NCBI GenBank assembly: GCA_043776915.1 | Contig: JAYVQT010000003.1 | Span: 26,187 to 90,186 of the forward strand | Length of the DNA: 64,000 nucleotides | Direction of reading: 5' to 3' | DNA from: Minisyncoccota bacterium | GTDB lineage: Bacteria; Patescibacteriota; Minisyncoccia; Phycocordibacterales; UBA9973 | Part shown: piece by piece, positions 1-9,564 of the stretch | Position numbering within the stretch: position 1 is the first letter of the stretch | How the letters are laid out: each line of letters begins with the position of its first letter | Translations under genes and position numbers: made by a program | The notes under the pieces: model-generated | What the model was told of the DNA's origin: nothing | Database searches by the model: none | What the model saw: the letters and a program-made list of their open reading frames with translations, nothing else

Positions 1-2
1 GC

Positions 3-1220
3 ATTAGCATACTCAATATCGCGTGGACTTTCCAAGTTCTTAATAAGTCCCGATGTTTCATTTGGCAGATCAATGCCAGTTTTCTCACCAACACCGTACG
101 CTTTCATATATGCACGCATATTATCGTGGCCAAGTTTATTTTCCACAAAGACCATACCTGTGTTAAGCGATTGATCAAGAACAGTTTGCATTGTTGAAAG
201 ACCACGACCCTTTAGATCGAAGTTATTTATTTTCTTCGTATTCACAATAACAAAACCACTATCCATATATGTCGTCTCAGGTGTGACAACATTCTTATCA
301 AGTGCGGCTGCCATAACGAGGGGCTTAATAACGGAACCAAATTCAAAGACATTTTCAACAAGTGGATTGCGGTAGACATCAGTATTTTCGACACTTCCAA
401 AATCATTTATATCAAAATCAGGAAACCCGGCAATCGCATAAATCTCCCCTGTCTGCGGGTTAATAATAATACCTCCTGCTTGATCAGCATGCCACAATCT
501 AAGAGTATTTTGTAATTCAGACTCAAGCGTATGTTGTGTTGAAGGCTCGATCGTTGTCACAATATCACCTTGATTACTATTTGTGTCCGAAATACTATTA
601 CGTAGATTTGAAAATACTTCAGCAAAAAAGTTTATATAAGCTTCGTCTTTTGGCTTCGAAAGACTCAAGTTATAAAAGCGCTCCAACCCATACTGGCCAA
701 CCTTATCATTATCTTTATAGGCAAGGAATCCAAGTGTTTGTGAAGCTAAACTTCCTCCAGGATAGAAGCGCCAATTATCTTTATATATCGAGACTCCTTT
801 AATATGAAGTGCGTCAACTGCATCAGCTTGCTCTTTTGTCATATGAACCGCAATCTCTTCGTACGGATCATTCTTCTTTAAGGCATGGGACACAAATACA
901 TCATGACTCATGTCGATATATGAATCAAGGGTACTATATAATGCTTCAGCATCGGTCACTTCTTTAGGATTAATAGCAAGTTTAAATCCTGAGGAAATCG
1001 TGGCCGCCGCCACAAGTGTACTATCTTTTTTAGTAAAAAATATTGATCCACGATTAAAAATATCACCAGCGGGTGTAGCATACTGCTTGTCGGCTCGTTC
1101 AGCATATACATTCTGGTGAACAATCTGCACAAAAAAAAGCTTAACGACAAGTATGACCGCAAAGCCAAAAACAAATATGGATATAATCCTTATTCGTGAT
1201 TGGAACAATGCTGGTACCAT
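3..1220 (-). CDS. ftsI: Septal penicillin-binding protein (FtsI/PBP3), runs off the left edge of the window
   Basis: Not in the ORF track. ATG at 1220 overlaps the ftsL stop (TAATG). Translation starts [34 protein letters not shown] (TM anchor) and includes SxxK (GSVIKP) and SxN (QSLN). Canonical position after mraZ-rsmH-ftsL. Confidence 0.9.
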   Translation of the reverse strand, partial: MVPALFQSRIRIISIFVFGFAVILVVKLFFVQIVHQNVYAERADKQYATPAGDIFNRGSIFFTKKDSTLVAAATISSGFKLAINPKEVTDAEALYSTLDSYIDMSHDVFVSHALKKNDPYEEIAVHMTKEQADAVDALHIKGVSIYKDNWRFYPGGSLASQTLGFLAYKDNDKVGQYGLERFYNLSLSKPKDEAYINFFAEVFSNLRNSISDTNSNQGDIVTTIEPSTQHTLESELQNTLRLWHADQAGGIIINPQTGEIYAIAGFPDFDINDFGSVENTDVYRNPLVENVFEFGSVIKPLVMAAALDKNVVTPETTYMDSGFVIVNTKKINNFDLKGRGLSTMQTVLDQSLNTGMVFVENKLGHDNMRAYMKAYGVGEKTGIDLPNETSGLIKNLESPRDIEYAN

Positions 1221-1543
1221 TATCTTAAGGCTACAGTTGCAGCGTTACGTGAAGCAAAAATATTAGTATTCATATCAATAAAGCCAAGCGACAACGCATA
1301 GTTTTTATCTATCTTATTGGTACTTGCCAAATAGCGAAGTTCAAGCTCACTAATATTACTACCGAGTTCACGAACTGTTTTCTCAAGATTTTTACGCGCA
1401 AGAACATTAAATGTAATCGATCCTATTAAATATACATACACAAGTGATAATGTAATAAGTGAAGCAAGCAACACTCGGAAGATAATAAGACGAGTGCTTG
1501 TGTTTTCTATAATATTATTTTTGAGGGCTTTGGCTTTGTTCAT
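1220..1543 (-). CDS. ftsL: FtsL-like cell division protein
   Basis: Single TM followed by a coiled coil, ending in the A..LGF motif; lies between rsmH and ftsI. Confidence 0.65.
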   Translation of the reverse strand: MNKAKALKNNIIENTSTRLIIFRVLLASLITLSLVYVYLIGSITFNVLARKNLEKTVRELGSNISELELRYLASTNKIDKNYALSLGFIDMNTNIFASRNAATVALR

Positions 1544-1572
1544 ACTGTTTATGTCTTAATTATTAATGTATG

Positions 1573-2466
1573 TTACTTTTTTTCTATAATTCTTAGTTTA
1601 GCGCTTCGGGCTCGTGGGTTTAATTTTAATTCTTCATATGTCGGAATGATTGGCTTTTTCGTAATAATGGTTCCATACTCTTGATGTTTTAATTTAACGT
1701 ATGCCTGCTTGACGATGCGATCTTCAAGGCTATGGAATGAAATGATGGCAAGCCTACCTCCAACTGATAAGAGATTAAATCCTTTTTCAATAACTTTCTC
1801 TAAGTTACAGAGCTCATTGTTAGTTGCGATACGAAGCGCTTGGAATGTCTTGGTTGCGGGGTGGATCTTCATTTTCTTATAAGCTCGTCCGACTGACTCT
1901 TCTATAATCTTTACAAGATCAAATGTTGTCTCGATGGATTTCTTTTTACGAGACTCAATTATCGTTTTGGCAATCTTGCGAGAATACTTCTCTTCACCGA
2001 AACCATAGATGATGTCTGCGAGTGTCGTCTCTTCCCACGTATTGACGATATCTCGAGCGGTCAGATCTTCTTCGGTTGGATTCTTCTTCATCGTCATAAG
2101 AAGGGGTTCATCTTTCATAAATGAGAATCCTCGGCCTGATACTTCGAGCTGGAATGATGAGAGTCCTAAGTCAAGCATAATGCGGTCAACGTGTGGCATA
2201 TTAAGCTCGGCCAGAACTTTGTCCATATCTTGGAATCCGCAGGTACGAAACACGGCATCATGAGGAAGTTCACTAATCAAAGCTTTGGCGCGATCTATCG
2301 CATCAGCATCAAAGTCGAGTCCAATAACTTTTACCCCCGAGCCGAAGCGGCGCATGATCTCGAACGTATGCCCTCCGCCACCGAGCGTACCATCGATAAT
2401 GATGTCACCCGATCGGATGGCGAGTCCGTCAATCGTTTCATTTTTGAGTACTGGAATATGATTCAT
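1573..2466 (-). CDS. rsmH: 16S rRNA m4C1402 methyltransferase RsmH (MraW)
   Basis: HIPVL, DGTLGGGGH, DLGLSSFQL, HPATKTFQALRI and NPRARSAKLR motifs. Start set at MNHIPV. Confidence 0.97.
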   Translation of the reverse strand: MNHIPVLKNETIDGLAIRSGDIIIDGTLGGGGHTFEIMRRFGSGVKVIGLDFDADAIDRAKALISELPHDAVFRTCGFQDMDKVLAELNMPHVDRIMLDLGLSSFQLEVSGRGFSFMKDEPLLMTMKKNPTEEDLTARDIVNTWEETTLADIIYGFGEEKYSRKIAKTIIESRKKKSIETTFDLVKIIEESVGRAYKKMKIHPATKTFQALRIATNNELCNLEKVIEKGFNLLSVGGRLAIISFHSLEDRIVKQAYVKLKHQEYGTIITKKPIIPTYEELKLNPRARSAKLRIIEKK

Positions 2467-2467
2467 A

Positions 2468-2902
2468 TTAAAGAACACCTATCTGCCCTAATTTATCAGC
2501 CAGGGCGTCCGCCTGTGTTTCTACAATCTTTTTGTAGTTATTCCATGCTTTCTCGTTCCAGATTTCTGCGCGGTTCTGTACTCCGATGACAATCACTTTA
2601 CTAGTCAATCCTGAACGATTCTTTAAATTTTCCGGGATTAGTATTCGGCCGCTCGTGTCGACATCGACAACGATAGCTTGCCCAAACATAAATCTCGAGA
2701 AACTTCGATTATCTGTCGCAAGCATTGATGAGTCGGAAAGCTTACTTGAGATCTTCTCCCATTCCTTGGTGGTAAATATTGATAAACAATTATCAAGCCC
2801 AGGGGCAACAATAACACTCTTCCCCATTTCTTTTCGGAATTTTACTGGCAGTGACATTCGGTTCTTGTCGTCTAATGTGTGTGTATATTCTCCAATTAAC
2901 AT
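2468..2902 (-). CDS. mraZ: Transcriptional regulator MraZ
   Basis: GEYTHTLDDKNR..LP and D..GRILIP..L duplicated SpoVT/AbrB motifs. Start set at MLIGEY. Confidence 0.97.
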   Translation of the reverse strand: MLIGEYTHTLDDKNRMSLPVKFRKEMGKSVIVAPGLDNCLSIFTTKEWEKISSKLSDSSMLATDNRSFSRFMFGQAIVVDVDTSGRILIPENLKNRSGLTSKVIVIGVQNRAEIWNEKAWNNYKKIVETQADALADKLGQIGVL

Positions 2903-2916
2903 AAATAATTTATTCG

Positions 2917-2951
2917 CCACTTTATCCCACAACACAAATACTCTTCCCCAC
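2917..2951 (-). promoter_or_regulatory. Putative MraZ-binding GTGG repeats
   Basis: GTGG on the - strand at 2917-2920, 2927-2930 and 2948-2951 (10- and 21-nt periodicity), directly upstream of mraZ, matching the known MraZ operator architecture. Confidence 0.65.
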
Positions 2952-2957
2952 TCAAAC

Positions 2958-2966
2958 TGTGGATAA
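2958..2966 (-). promoter_or_regulatory. Perfect DnaA box (TTATCCACA)
   Basis: TGTGGATAA on + equals TTATCCACA on -. Confidence 0.5.
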
Positions 2967-2981
2967 CAAAATTCCCTATAT

Positions 2982-3009
2982 TTGACATATTTAAATTAAA
3001 TGATATATT
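2982..3009 (+). promoter_or_regulatory. Sigma70-like promoter
   Basis: TTGACA-16 nt-TATATT. Confidence 0.5.
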
Positions 3010-3014
3010 CTAAA

Positions 3015-3212
3015 ATAGATTAATGTCATCATAGTTCTTTTAAAGTGAATATAGGTCTACTAACTATATTCCAGAATTTCAATAGGGCGACACTTGTACC
3101 GAATCACCTTAATGTTCAGGCACATGTAATACTTGTCCCCGAAAAGCTTACGTGAATTGAAATTCACAAAAGAACAGAACCATCCACTTTTAAAAGAGGG
3201 TGGTTTTTATTT
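3015..3212 (+). ncRNA. Candidate structured non-coding RNA, family unknown
   Basis: Promoter upstream and terminator at the end. Nested stems at 3034-3041/3168-3175, 3047-3054/3064-3071 and 3074-3083/3156-3165, plus GGGCGACA/TGTCCCC. Confidence 0.4.
3178..3212 (+). terminator. Rho-independent terminator
   Basis: AACCATCC...GGGTGGTT stem followed by a T-rich tail. Confidence 0.6.
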
Positions 3213-3214
3213 TA

Positions 3215-3243
3215 TTGACTTATATATAATTTAATAGTATAAT
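3215..3243 (+). promoter_or_regulatory. Near-consensus sigma70 promoter
   Basis: TTGACT-17 nt-TATAAT upstream of ORF 3293. Confidence 0.7.
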
Positions 3244-3292
3244 ACTATTAAACATAAACAAAATTTCATCTTTTCACATAAAAAACAAAAAT

Positions 3293-3595
3293 ATGTTACT
3301 CAGAAAAATGTTTAATGATTTAAATAATGTACTATTTGGCCCAATTTATGGACCACATAGATTTAAAACTCTTTACAGTGTTTTAAAAGCATATGATGCA
3401 GATAGACAGGATTTATTTGCTGAAGCTTTAAAAAAAGTAGGGACACTAGAAAAAATAAATAAAAAGCGTCTTAAATTTATTGTAGGTATGTTAAACCAGA
3501 AGTTAGATCTCCTGGTGAAAGAAAGAGAGCAGAAGTCAAAAATATTTACTGAGCTCGAAAACATAGCCATTAAAATGGTAAACGAAATTAAATAA
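3293..3595 (+). CDS. Hypothetical basic helical protein
   Basis: 100-aa ORF with its own promoter and a downstream hairpin; no motif recognised. Confidence 0.65.
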   Translation: MLLRKMFNDLNNVLFGPIYGPHRFKTLYSVLKAYDADRQDLFAEALKKVGTLEKINKKRLKFIVGMLNQKLDLLVKEREQKSKIFTELENIAIKMVNEIK

Positions 3596-3603
3596 AAAAT
3601 ACA

Positions 3604-3631
3604 AAAAGAAACCTAATCAGTTTCTTTTTTT
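3604..3631. terminator. Bidirectional terminator-like hairpin
   Basis: AAAAAGAAAC-N7-GTTTCTTTTT between convergent ORFs. Confidence 0.5.
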
Positions 3632-4034
3632 ATGCTGCCTCGGTATAGAATACATTATTAATTCTACTAACAAAATTTTGATTATTATCTTTGGTACACC
3701 TCTGTATCGCATTATCCATAGCTTTTTTTATCCTCGAATCATTTTTTAGGATTTCCTCGGGTACAATATGTAATTTAAGAATTCTATTGATATCATTAAA
3801 TCCTGTTTCATCATTTGCTTCAATATTCTTAAATCTCTCTTCGATATATAATTCAATATCAAGCAATAGTATTCTTTCAATTTCTTGGGTGTGGATATCT
3901 CTATAATGCTCATGTACATAATTTTCGAGATCGGTTAAGTTATCATTTTGTAAGTACTGATGAATAGCAACCATGGGACTTGGCTCTATTTCTAGTACTT
4001 TTTCTTTTTTAGTAAATTTTAAAAATTCAAGCAT
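3630..4034 (-). CDS. Hypothetical protein
   Basis: 134-aa ORF directly after lysS; no motif recognised. Confidence 0.6.
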   Translation of the reverse strand: MLEFLKFTKKEKVLEIEPSPMVAIHQYLQNDNLTDLENYVHEHYRDIHTQEIERILLLDIELYIEERFKNIEANDETGFNDINRILKLHIVPEEILKNDSRIKKAMDNAIQRCTKDNNQNFVSRINNVFYTEAA

Positions 4035-4046
4035 AGTATAGTACTA

Positions 4047-5510
4047 TCACTCATGAGATTTTGGTTTCATTAATGGAAAGAGTTGCGTCTCACGAATTGG
4101 CTTGTCTACCATAAAGGAAAAAAGTCGCTCGCCAAAGCCGAATCCACATGTCGGTGGCATACCGTGCTCAAGCATCTCTACAAATTCCCATTCCGGTTGC
4201 ATAGCTTCTGTGTCCCCTTTCTCAATTAATCTCTGCTGTAGTTCAAAGCGGGCACGCTGATCTATCGGATCATTTAGTTCTGAGAATCCGTTACCAAGCT
4301 CTGACCCAGCTAGAAGTGGCTGGAATCTTTCAGTTAACTCTGGATTATCTTTCCTTGCTTTTGAAAGTGGTGACACAAGCTTCGGATGACCGACCAAAAA
4401 TGCGGGGCCAGCAATCTGCTTACGACAATACTTCCAGAGTGTATCAGTCAATCGCTCACGATTATCACCTTCGTAGCTGACACCAAGTTTAGTGAGCGTA
4501 TCTTTCATATCTTGCTCAGTTGCAGAAAGAACATCAATCCCTGTGACTCTTTTTACTTCATCAACATATTCAATACGTTTCCATTCGTTAGCAAGATCAA
4601 AGGTATGTCCGTGAGTTGTAAATATGGTTGTTTCGAAAACTTCTTTGGCAATCGTTCGATATAAGTCTTCGACAATTTTCATACCATCTTCATAGTTTGC
4701 ATAGGCCCAGTAGAATTCCATATTGGTAAATTCTTGCAAATGCTCGGGGCTTGTACCTTCATTTCTATACGCCCGACCGATTTCAAACGTCTTTGGGAAA
4801 CCAGCGGCCATCAAGCGCTTCTGCCAAAGCTCACCGATCGAGATGCGTAAATAGACATCAATATCAAAATCTTTGTGGTGAGTTTTAAAAGGGTTAGCCT
4901 CAGCTCCACCGGTCGTGACTTCAAGAGTTGGTGTTTCAACTTCGAGAAATCCATGTGACTTCATAAAAGTGCGAGTAACTTCCCAGAATTTTGATTTCTT
5001 AATAAAAAGCTCTTGAAGCTCAGGTGTTGTTAGAATATCTAAATATCGCTTTCGAAAACGCTCTTCGACATCTTGGAGACCATGCCATTTATCAGGAAGT
5101 GGGGCCAGGGCCTTGGTTAGGATATTCCAGTGTTTCACCAGAATTGTTTTTTGCTCTGTTTTTGTTTTAAATAGCGTGCCTGTTACTTCGATAAAATCAG
5201 CGCTATCGATGGTATCACGGAATAAATTAAAAAGAGTATCCTTGAGTTCTCCTTTTTTAATTAAACCCTGGAACTCATCTGAGCCATCGGTGAAATTAAA
5301 AAAGATTAGAGCGCCTTGCCCACGAGTCACCAGCACTCGGCCAGCAAGTGTGACTTCTTTTTGAGAATTTTCTAGAAATTCAAAACCGATAATAACTTCA
5401 CGTACGGTATGAGTACGAAAAGAGTTTGCGGTGAATGGATCCATTCCCGCCTCTTGTAATATATGCAATTTTGATAATCGAGCACTCCGTAATTCTTCAA
5501 GTGATGCCAT
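4047..5510 (-). CDS. lysS: Lysine--tRNA ligase (class II)
   Basis: OB-fold N-terminus, then FLEVETP, GGAEANPFKT, YRNEG, ELGNGFSELNDP and GMPPTCGFGFG. Start set at MASLEE. Confidence 0.97.
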   Translation of the reverse strand: MASLEELRSARLSKLHILQEAGMDPFTANSFRTHTVREVIIGFEFLENSQKEVTLAGRVLVTRGQGALIFFNFTDGSDEFQGLIKKGELKDTLFNLFRDTIDSADFIEVTGTLFKTKTEQKTILVKHWNILTKALAPLPDKWHGLQDVEERFRKRYLDILTTPELQELFIKKSKFWEVTRTFMKSHGFLEVETPTLEVTTGGAEANPFKTHHKDFDIDVYLRISIGELWQKRLMAAGFPKTFEIGRAYRNEGTSPEHLQEFTNMEFYWAYANYEDGMKIVEDLYRTIAKEVFETTIFTTHGHTFDLANEWKRIEYVDEVKRVTGIDVLSATEQDMKDTLTKLGVSYEGDNRERLTDTLWKYCRKQIAGPAFLVGHPKLVSPLSKARKDNPELTERFQPLLAGSELGNGFSELNDPIDQRARFELQQRLIEKGDTEAMQPEWEFVEMLEHGMPPTCGFGFGERLFSFMVDKPIRETQLFPLMKPKSHE

Positions 5511-5514
5511 AGGT

Positions 5515-5979
5515 CTATTGTATATCAACAATAGTGTATTTGACTAGTCCTTTCGGAGTTGTGATCGATACAACGTCACCTTTTGATTTACCAAAGAGTG
5601 CTTCACCAAGTGGTGACTTATTTGATATTTTATTTTTAGACATATCAGCTTCTTCCGCACCAACAATACTGTACGTGATAACATCTTTGGTATTTTCTTT
5701 TTTAACAGAGACTGTTGTACTAATTTCTACTTTGGTACTGTGATGTTTCTTCACAACAACAGCTGACTGGAGCATATACTCAATCTGCTTTATACGATCT
5801 TCAATTTTACCTTGATCTTCGCGAGCTTGATGATATTCAGCATTCTCAGAAAGGTCACCAAGAGCCTTAGCAGCTTCGAGCGCCTCAAGTATTTCCTTAC
5901 GTTTGACGTTTTTTAAATTATTTACTTCCTCAATGAAAGCTTGTTTTTTCTCTTCAGTTATGTGTTGTATTTCATCCAT
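5515..5979 (-). CDS. greA: Transcription elongation factor GreA
   Basis: GDLSENAEY and ISNKSPLGEAL motifs. Confidence 0.97.
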   Translation of the reverse strand: MDEIQHITEEKKQAFIEEVNNLKNVKRKEILEALEAAKALGDLSENAEYHQAREDQGKIEDRIKQIEYMLQSAVVVKKHHSTKVEISTTVSVKKENTKDVITYSIVGAEEADMSKNKISNKSPLGEALFGKSKGDVVSITTPKGLVKYTIVDIQ

Positions 5980-6020
5980 AATCGAGTTAGTATACCGTTT
6001 TAAGGTAAATAAGTCAAAGG

Positions 6021-7718
6021 CTAGTTCAAGTACTCTGGTGTATATACACTCATATAGTCGACAACTTCACTCATCACTTGTGTAGCATTTCCTGAAGCTA
6101 TTTTCGGCCCTCGTTCCATGAGGACGGCAAATGTGTACTTTGGATTATCATACGGGAAAAACCCCACAATCCATGAGTTCGTATTTGTATTACCAAGGCC
6201 AATTTGGGCTGTACCAGACTTGGCAGCTACTTTAACTGATGCTAAGTTAAGCTTTGTAGCTGTTCCTCCGATTACTGTTTGGCGCATCGCTTCTTGTATA
6301 ACTTTCATTTTCTCTTGGTCAACAGGTATAATTGTCTGGGTTTTTTCAAGTTTTGTATCACCGAGCCTTACATGCGGAGTTGGAATAACTCCGAAGTTTG
6401 CAATACCAGCTACAGCTTTTGCCATTTGAAGTGGACTAACTTGGAATCCATATTGACCAATTGAAGTATTGTATGTATCACCAACTCGCCAGATATCACC
6501 TTTGAATGTTTTAGCTTTCCACTCTGGAGTCGGAATGGTCCCCTCTTTCTCACCACCCATGTCAACTCCAGTTTTTTGAGCAATACCAAACATACGTGTA
6601 TACTTATCAATATTTACAATTCCCAATCCTTTCTGATCCTGGAATCCACCACCAATTTCATAAAAATAAACGTCAGAAGAGATCGCAATTGCTTGCTTCA
6701 TATCGACATAACCGAATGAGCCATGATCTTTGAAGGTTGACTTTTTATCAGGAAAATACGGATTTGGAATAGAGATAGAACCATTTGATAAAATTTGCTT
6801 CAATGGAGAGATTATATCTTCCACAAGTGCACCATAAGCAATAAATGGCTTTACGATCGAGCCCGGTGTATATAGTCCAGCTACAGCTCGGTTAAGAAAA
6901 ACTTTTCGCTTATCAGACAGATACTCAGTAATGGTTTTCTTGTCTTCTCCTTTCGAAATAATATTCGAGTTATATTCCGGATAACTTGTTAATGCTAGTA
7001 ATTCTCCTGTTTTAATATCCATAATAACACCCGCACCACCAGAGAATGATACTCCTTGAGCCATTGATACAATAGAGTCATATAATTTCTTCTGTACACG
7101 ACTATCTATAGAAAGCTTAAGATTTTCGCCCGGCTTTGGTTGAGATACCGTATTCTCAGACTGAATCGCACCACTGACATCTGTCTCAGTAATACGAACA
7201 CCATTTTTACCAGTTAAATTTTCATTATATGATTTCTCAACACCATCTTTACCGATAAAGGCATCTTGCCAGTAATGCCCGGATGAATCTTTTGCTGGCT
7301 GGCTGACGTACCCAAGTAAAAGTCCGAACCCAGAGTCGGAAATATACGCTCTTTCAGGAGCAGAAAATTTATCGAGATCAGTTTTATCCCAGACATTCCA
7401 CGCAAGCACTGTATCTCGACGATCATAGATCATGCCTCTATCAGCAAAAATTGGTTGATTCGTTAAACTATTATTTTGACTTTTTTTATAAAATGTTTCA
7501 CCACGTACTATTTGCAAGCTTTGGAGTTGCCAGACAAATACGAATGCCATGAAGATAAAAAAGAAACCAATAATAAAAATCGAACGCTTTGGAATTGATT
7601 GCTCTAAGCGACCTTCAAACTGCTGAGTGTTAAAATGAGGTAGATTTTTTGAATCCAAGAATATTTCATCTGGATCAATATCTTGCCTGATAGATCGTTT
7701 ATGTAAATTAATATTCAT
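6021..7718 (-). CDS. mrdA: Penicillin-binding protein 2 (class B transpeptidase)
   Basis: TM anchor, RGMIYDR, SxxK (GSIVK), SSD and KSGTAQ motifs. Confidence 0.88.
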   Translation of the reverse strand: MNINLHKRSIRQDIDPDEIFLDSKNLPHFNTQQFEGRLEQSIPKRSIFIIGFFFIFMAFVFVWQLQSLQIVRGETFYKKSQNNSLTNQPIFADRGMIYDRRDTVLAWNVWDKTDLDKFSAPERAYISDSGFGLLLGYVSQPAKDSSGHYWQDAFIGKDGVEKSYNENLTGKNGVRITETDVSGAIQSENTVSQPKPGENLKLSIDSRVQKKLYDSIVSMAQGVSFSGGAGVIMDIKTGELLALTSYPEYNSNIISKGEDKKTITEYLSDKRKVFLNRAVAGLYTPGSIVKPFIAYGALVEDIISPLKQILSNGSISIPNPYFPDKKSTFKDHGSFGYVDMKQAIAISSDVYFYEIGGGFQDQKGLGIVNIDKYTRMFGIAQKTGVDMGGEKEGTIPTPEWKAKTFKGDIWRVGDTYNTSIGQYGFQVSPLQMAKAVAGIANFGVIPTPHVRLGDTKLEKTQTIIPVDQEKMKVIQEAMRQTVIGGTATKLNLASVKVAAKSGTAQIGLGNTNTNSWIVGFFPYDNPKYTFAVLMERGPKIASGNATQVMSEVVDYMSVYTPEYLN

Positions 7719-7977
7719 TGTTATATACAATCATTCGAGATCGAAATGCTTGGAGACCAATATACAGAAGACTTATACTAATCGGGAACCAAACTCGAGA
7801 TGTGATAAACCTATCACCAGGTACTGCAAACAGAGTATACATAACTATGCTTACACACAGAAACTCATAAAAATTCTTAAAAAGAAACATACCAATAAAT
7901 GCCAAAGAAACCGTTATCCACCAAGGTAGAATAAAGACTGACACAAATAACATACTATCAAACAAAAGCCGTTTCAT
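7708..7977 (-). CDS. Small three-TM membrane protein, possibly a degenerate MreD
   Basis: Hydrophobic 89-aa ORF overlapping the PBP2 start. The MreD suggestion rests on position only. Confidence 0.6.
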   Translation of the reverse strand: MKRLLFDSMLFVSVFILPWWITVSLAFIGMFLFKNFYEFLCVSIVMYTLFAVPGDRFITSRVWFPISISLLYIGLQAFRSRMIVYNNEY

Positions 7978-8017
7978 GAGTAATATTATACCTTTTGAAA
8001 TAAGGATGACAACTATA

Positions 8018-8806
8018 CTATCTATTTCTTATTCTACGATAACATATTCGAAGAATAAGGAAGACAGTAATAAGAATAAGTCCATAGAATACTATTTGGG
8101 TACTAAAAATAAGAGATGCGATTGATAAAAGAAAAAGTTTAATATAGGCAATCGGCTTTTCTGTTACATCGAGTAATTTTTTATTTGATTGTGCGTTCTC
8201 GAGTATCGATCGAGGAGTATTAAGCATATCGATTCTCTTTTCTGTTACATCTTTATTCGTAGCTATATTTGTAGCTACAGCCATACGAAACGTATCCGTA
8301 GCATTAAAGTTACTACGCGCAGCCGTACTGACGGATGGTGGTATGATACTACGTAAGTCTGTTTTGGCTATATCAAGTTGTTTTTTAATGATAGTTCCAC
8401 TTGAAACATGTGAGTCATCAATGCCTGGAATTCCTGACACAGAACGATGATCGACAGCAGTGACACTTGTGTTACCCGATGAGACAATCTTGGCAGATAT
8501 ATCATGATCCCCTGCCGTTACTTTCCATGGTACTGATATATCTTTCAAGCTCAATGCACTCACAATAATATCTCGCGCACCAAGAATAGTACTTTTATCA
8601 TAGAATTCAACTCGAGTCGATACTGGCTTATCACTATTATTAAACACTGCCGTGTGTATCTTAATCGTATCGTCTACTTCAAGAGGTTCTTTCGAATACC
8701 AAATCTGACCAGGTAAAAAACCAACAGTCGGAACAGTCACCGCATATACAACCTGTATATTACAATATAGAAAAAGGATAATTAAAATAAGTAAATATTT
8801 TTTCAT
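8018..8806 (-). CDS. Exported Ig-like (CARDB-like) protein with C-terminal TM anchor
   Basis: Signal peptide, beta-rich segment (..V.N.S....V.FY...W....G.H.I.A) and hydrophobic C-terminus. Confidence 0.6.
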   Translation of the reverse strand: MKKYLLILIILFLYCNIQVVYAVTVPTVGFLPGQIWYSKEPLEVDDTIKIHTAVFNNSDKPVSTRVEFYDKSTILGARDIIVSALSLKDISVPWKVTAGDHDISAKIVSSGNTSVTAVDHRSVSGIPGIDDSHVSSGTIIKKQLDIAKTDLRSIIPPSVSTAARSNFNATDTFRMAVATNIATNKDVTEKRIDMLNTPRSILENAQSNKKLLDVTEKPIAYIKLFLLSIASLIFSTQIVFYGLILITVFLILRICYRRIRNR

Positions 8807-8808
8807 TA

Positions 8809-9537
8809 TTACTTAAGAGAAAAAGATGCTTTGACTGTAAGCATAATATTCTTTTCAATCTTTGACGTATCGTATGAGCCGTAATCTGAGACATCAAGCG
8901 AGTTCGAAGACATGACTTGAACCACACCAGAAGATGCACTCTGTAACTGGCCAATACTTTTCCCACTTGATTCGGCAAGTTTTGAGGCGCGAGCTTTAGC
9001 ATCTTTAATAGCATCAGAGAGAAGCGCTACACGCTCTTCGGGTAGCTTGGTATAAGTATATTCAAGAGATTGTGTTGAAAAGACGACACCCTTGTCGATA
9101 AGCGGATTAATATTTTTAGCAATCTGGGTGATACCATTTACATCGGATGAATTTATATCGACAGTTTGCCTTAAGGTATATGTTTTCTCAGTATTTTGTG
9201 GTTGGTCATAATTCTGATCCATAAAGACTGGTGAGATCACTATTTGATCAGGAGTAATAGTATTACTTTTTAAAAATTCTTGAACGTTTAACACATCAGT
9301 CGCCATACTCGCATAGCCCGCTTTGAGTGTATTTGTTTTGACAATGTGATTGATAACCCCGACCCATTTGACGTGATCAGAAGTAACACGCTTTGAAGCT
9401 GATCCAGTAACGGTCAGAGTATTATCGAGCGCTCGAATGTGATAAAATGTCCATGCGCCGATAGATGTACTGAGAATAAGTGCAAGAGCAATACATATAC
9501 GAGAGTTAGACCAACTGTGTTTATGTGTGGTTTCCAT
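8809..9537 (-). CDS. SIMPL domain (DUF541) protein
   Basis: TM followed by TLTVTGSA...D and A..DAKARA..LA...G..IG.L. Confidence 0.85.
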   Translation of the reverse strand: METTHKHSWSNSRICIALALILSTSIGAWTFYHIRALDNTLTVTGSASKRVTSDHVKWVGVINHIVKTNTLKAGYASMATDVLNVQEFLKSNTITPDQIVISPVFMDQNYDQPQNTEKTYTLRQTVDINSSDVNGITQIAKNINPLIDKGVVFSTQSLEYTYTKLPEERVALLSDAIKDAKARASKLAESSGKSIGQLQSASSGVVQVMSSNSLDVSDYGSYDTSKIEKNIMLTVKASFSLK

Positions 9538-9564
9538 ACTATTTATTATACCACAAAGCGCAGA

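Noticed and set aside
2917-3290. Replication origin
   Set aside because: Only one perfect DnaA box, no box cluster and no dnaA/dnaN nearby.
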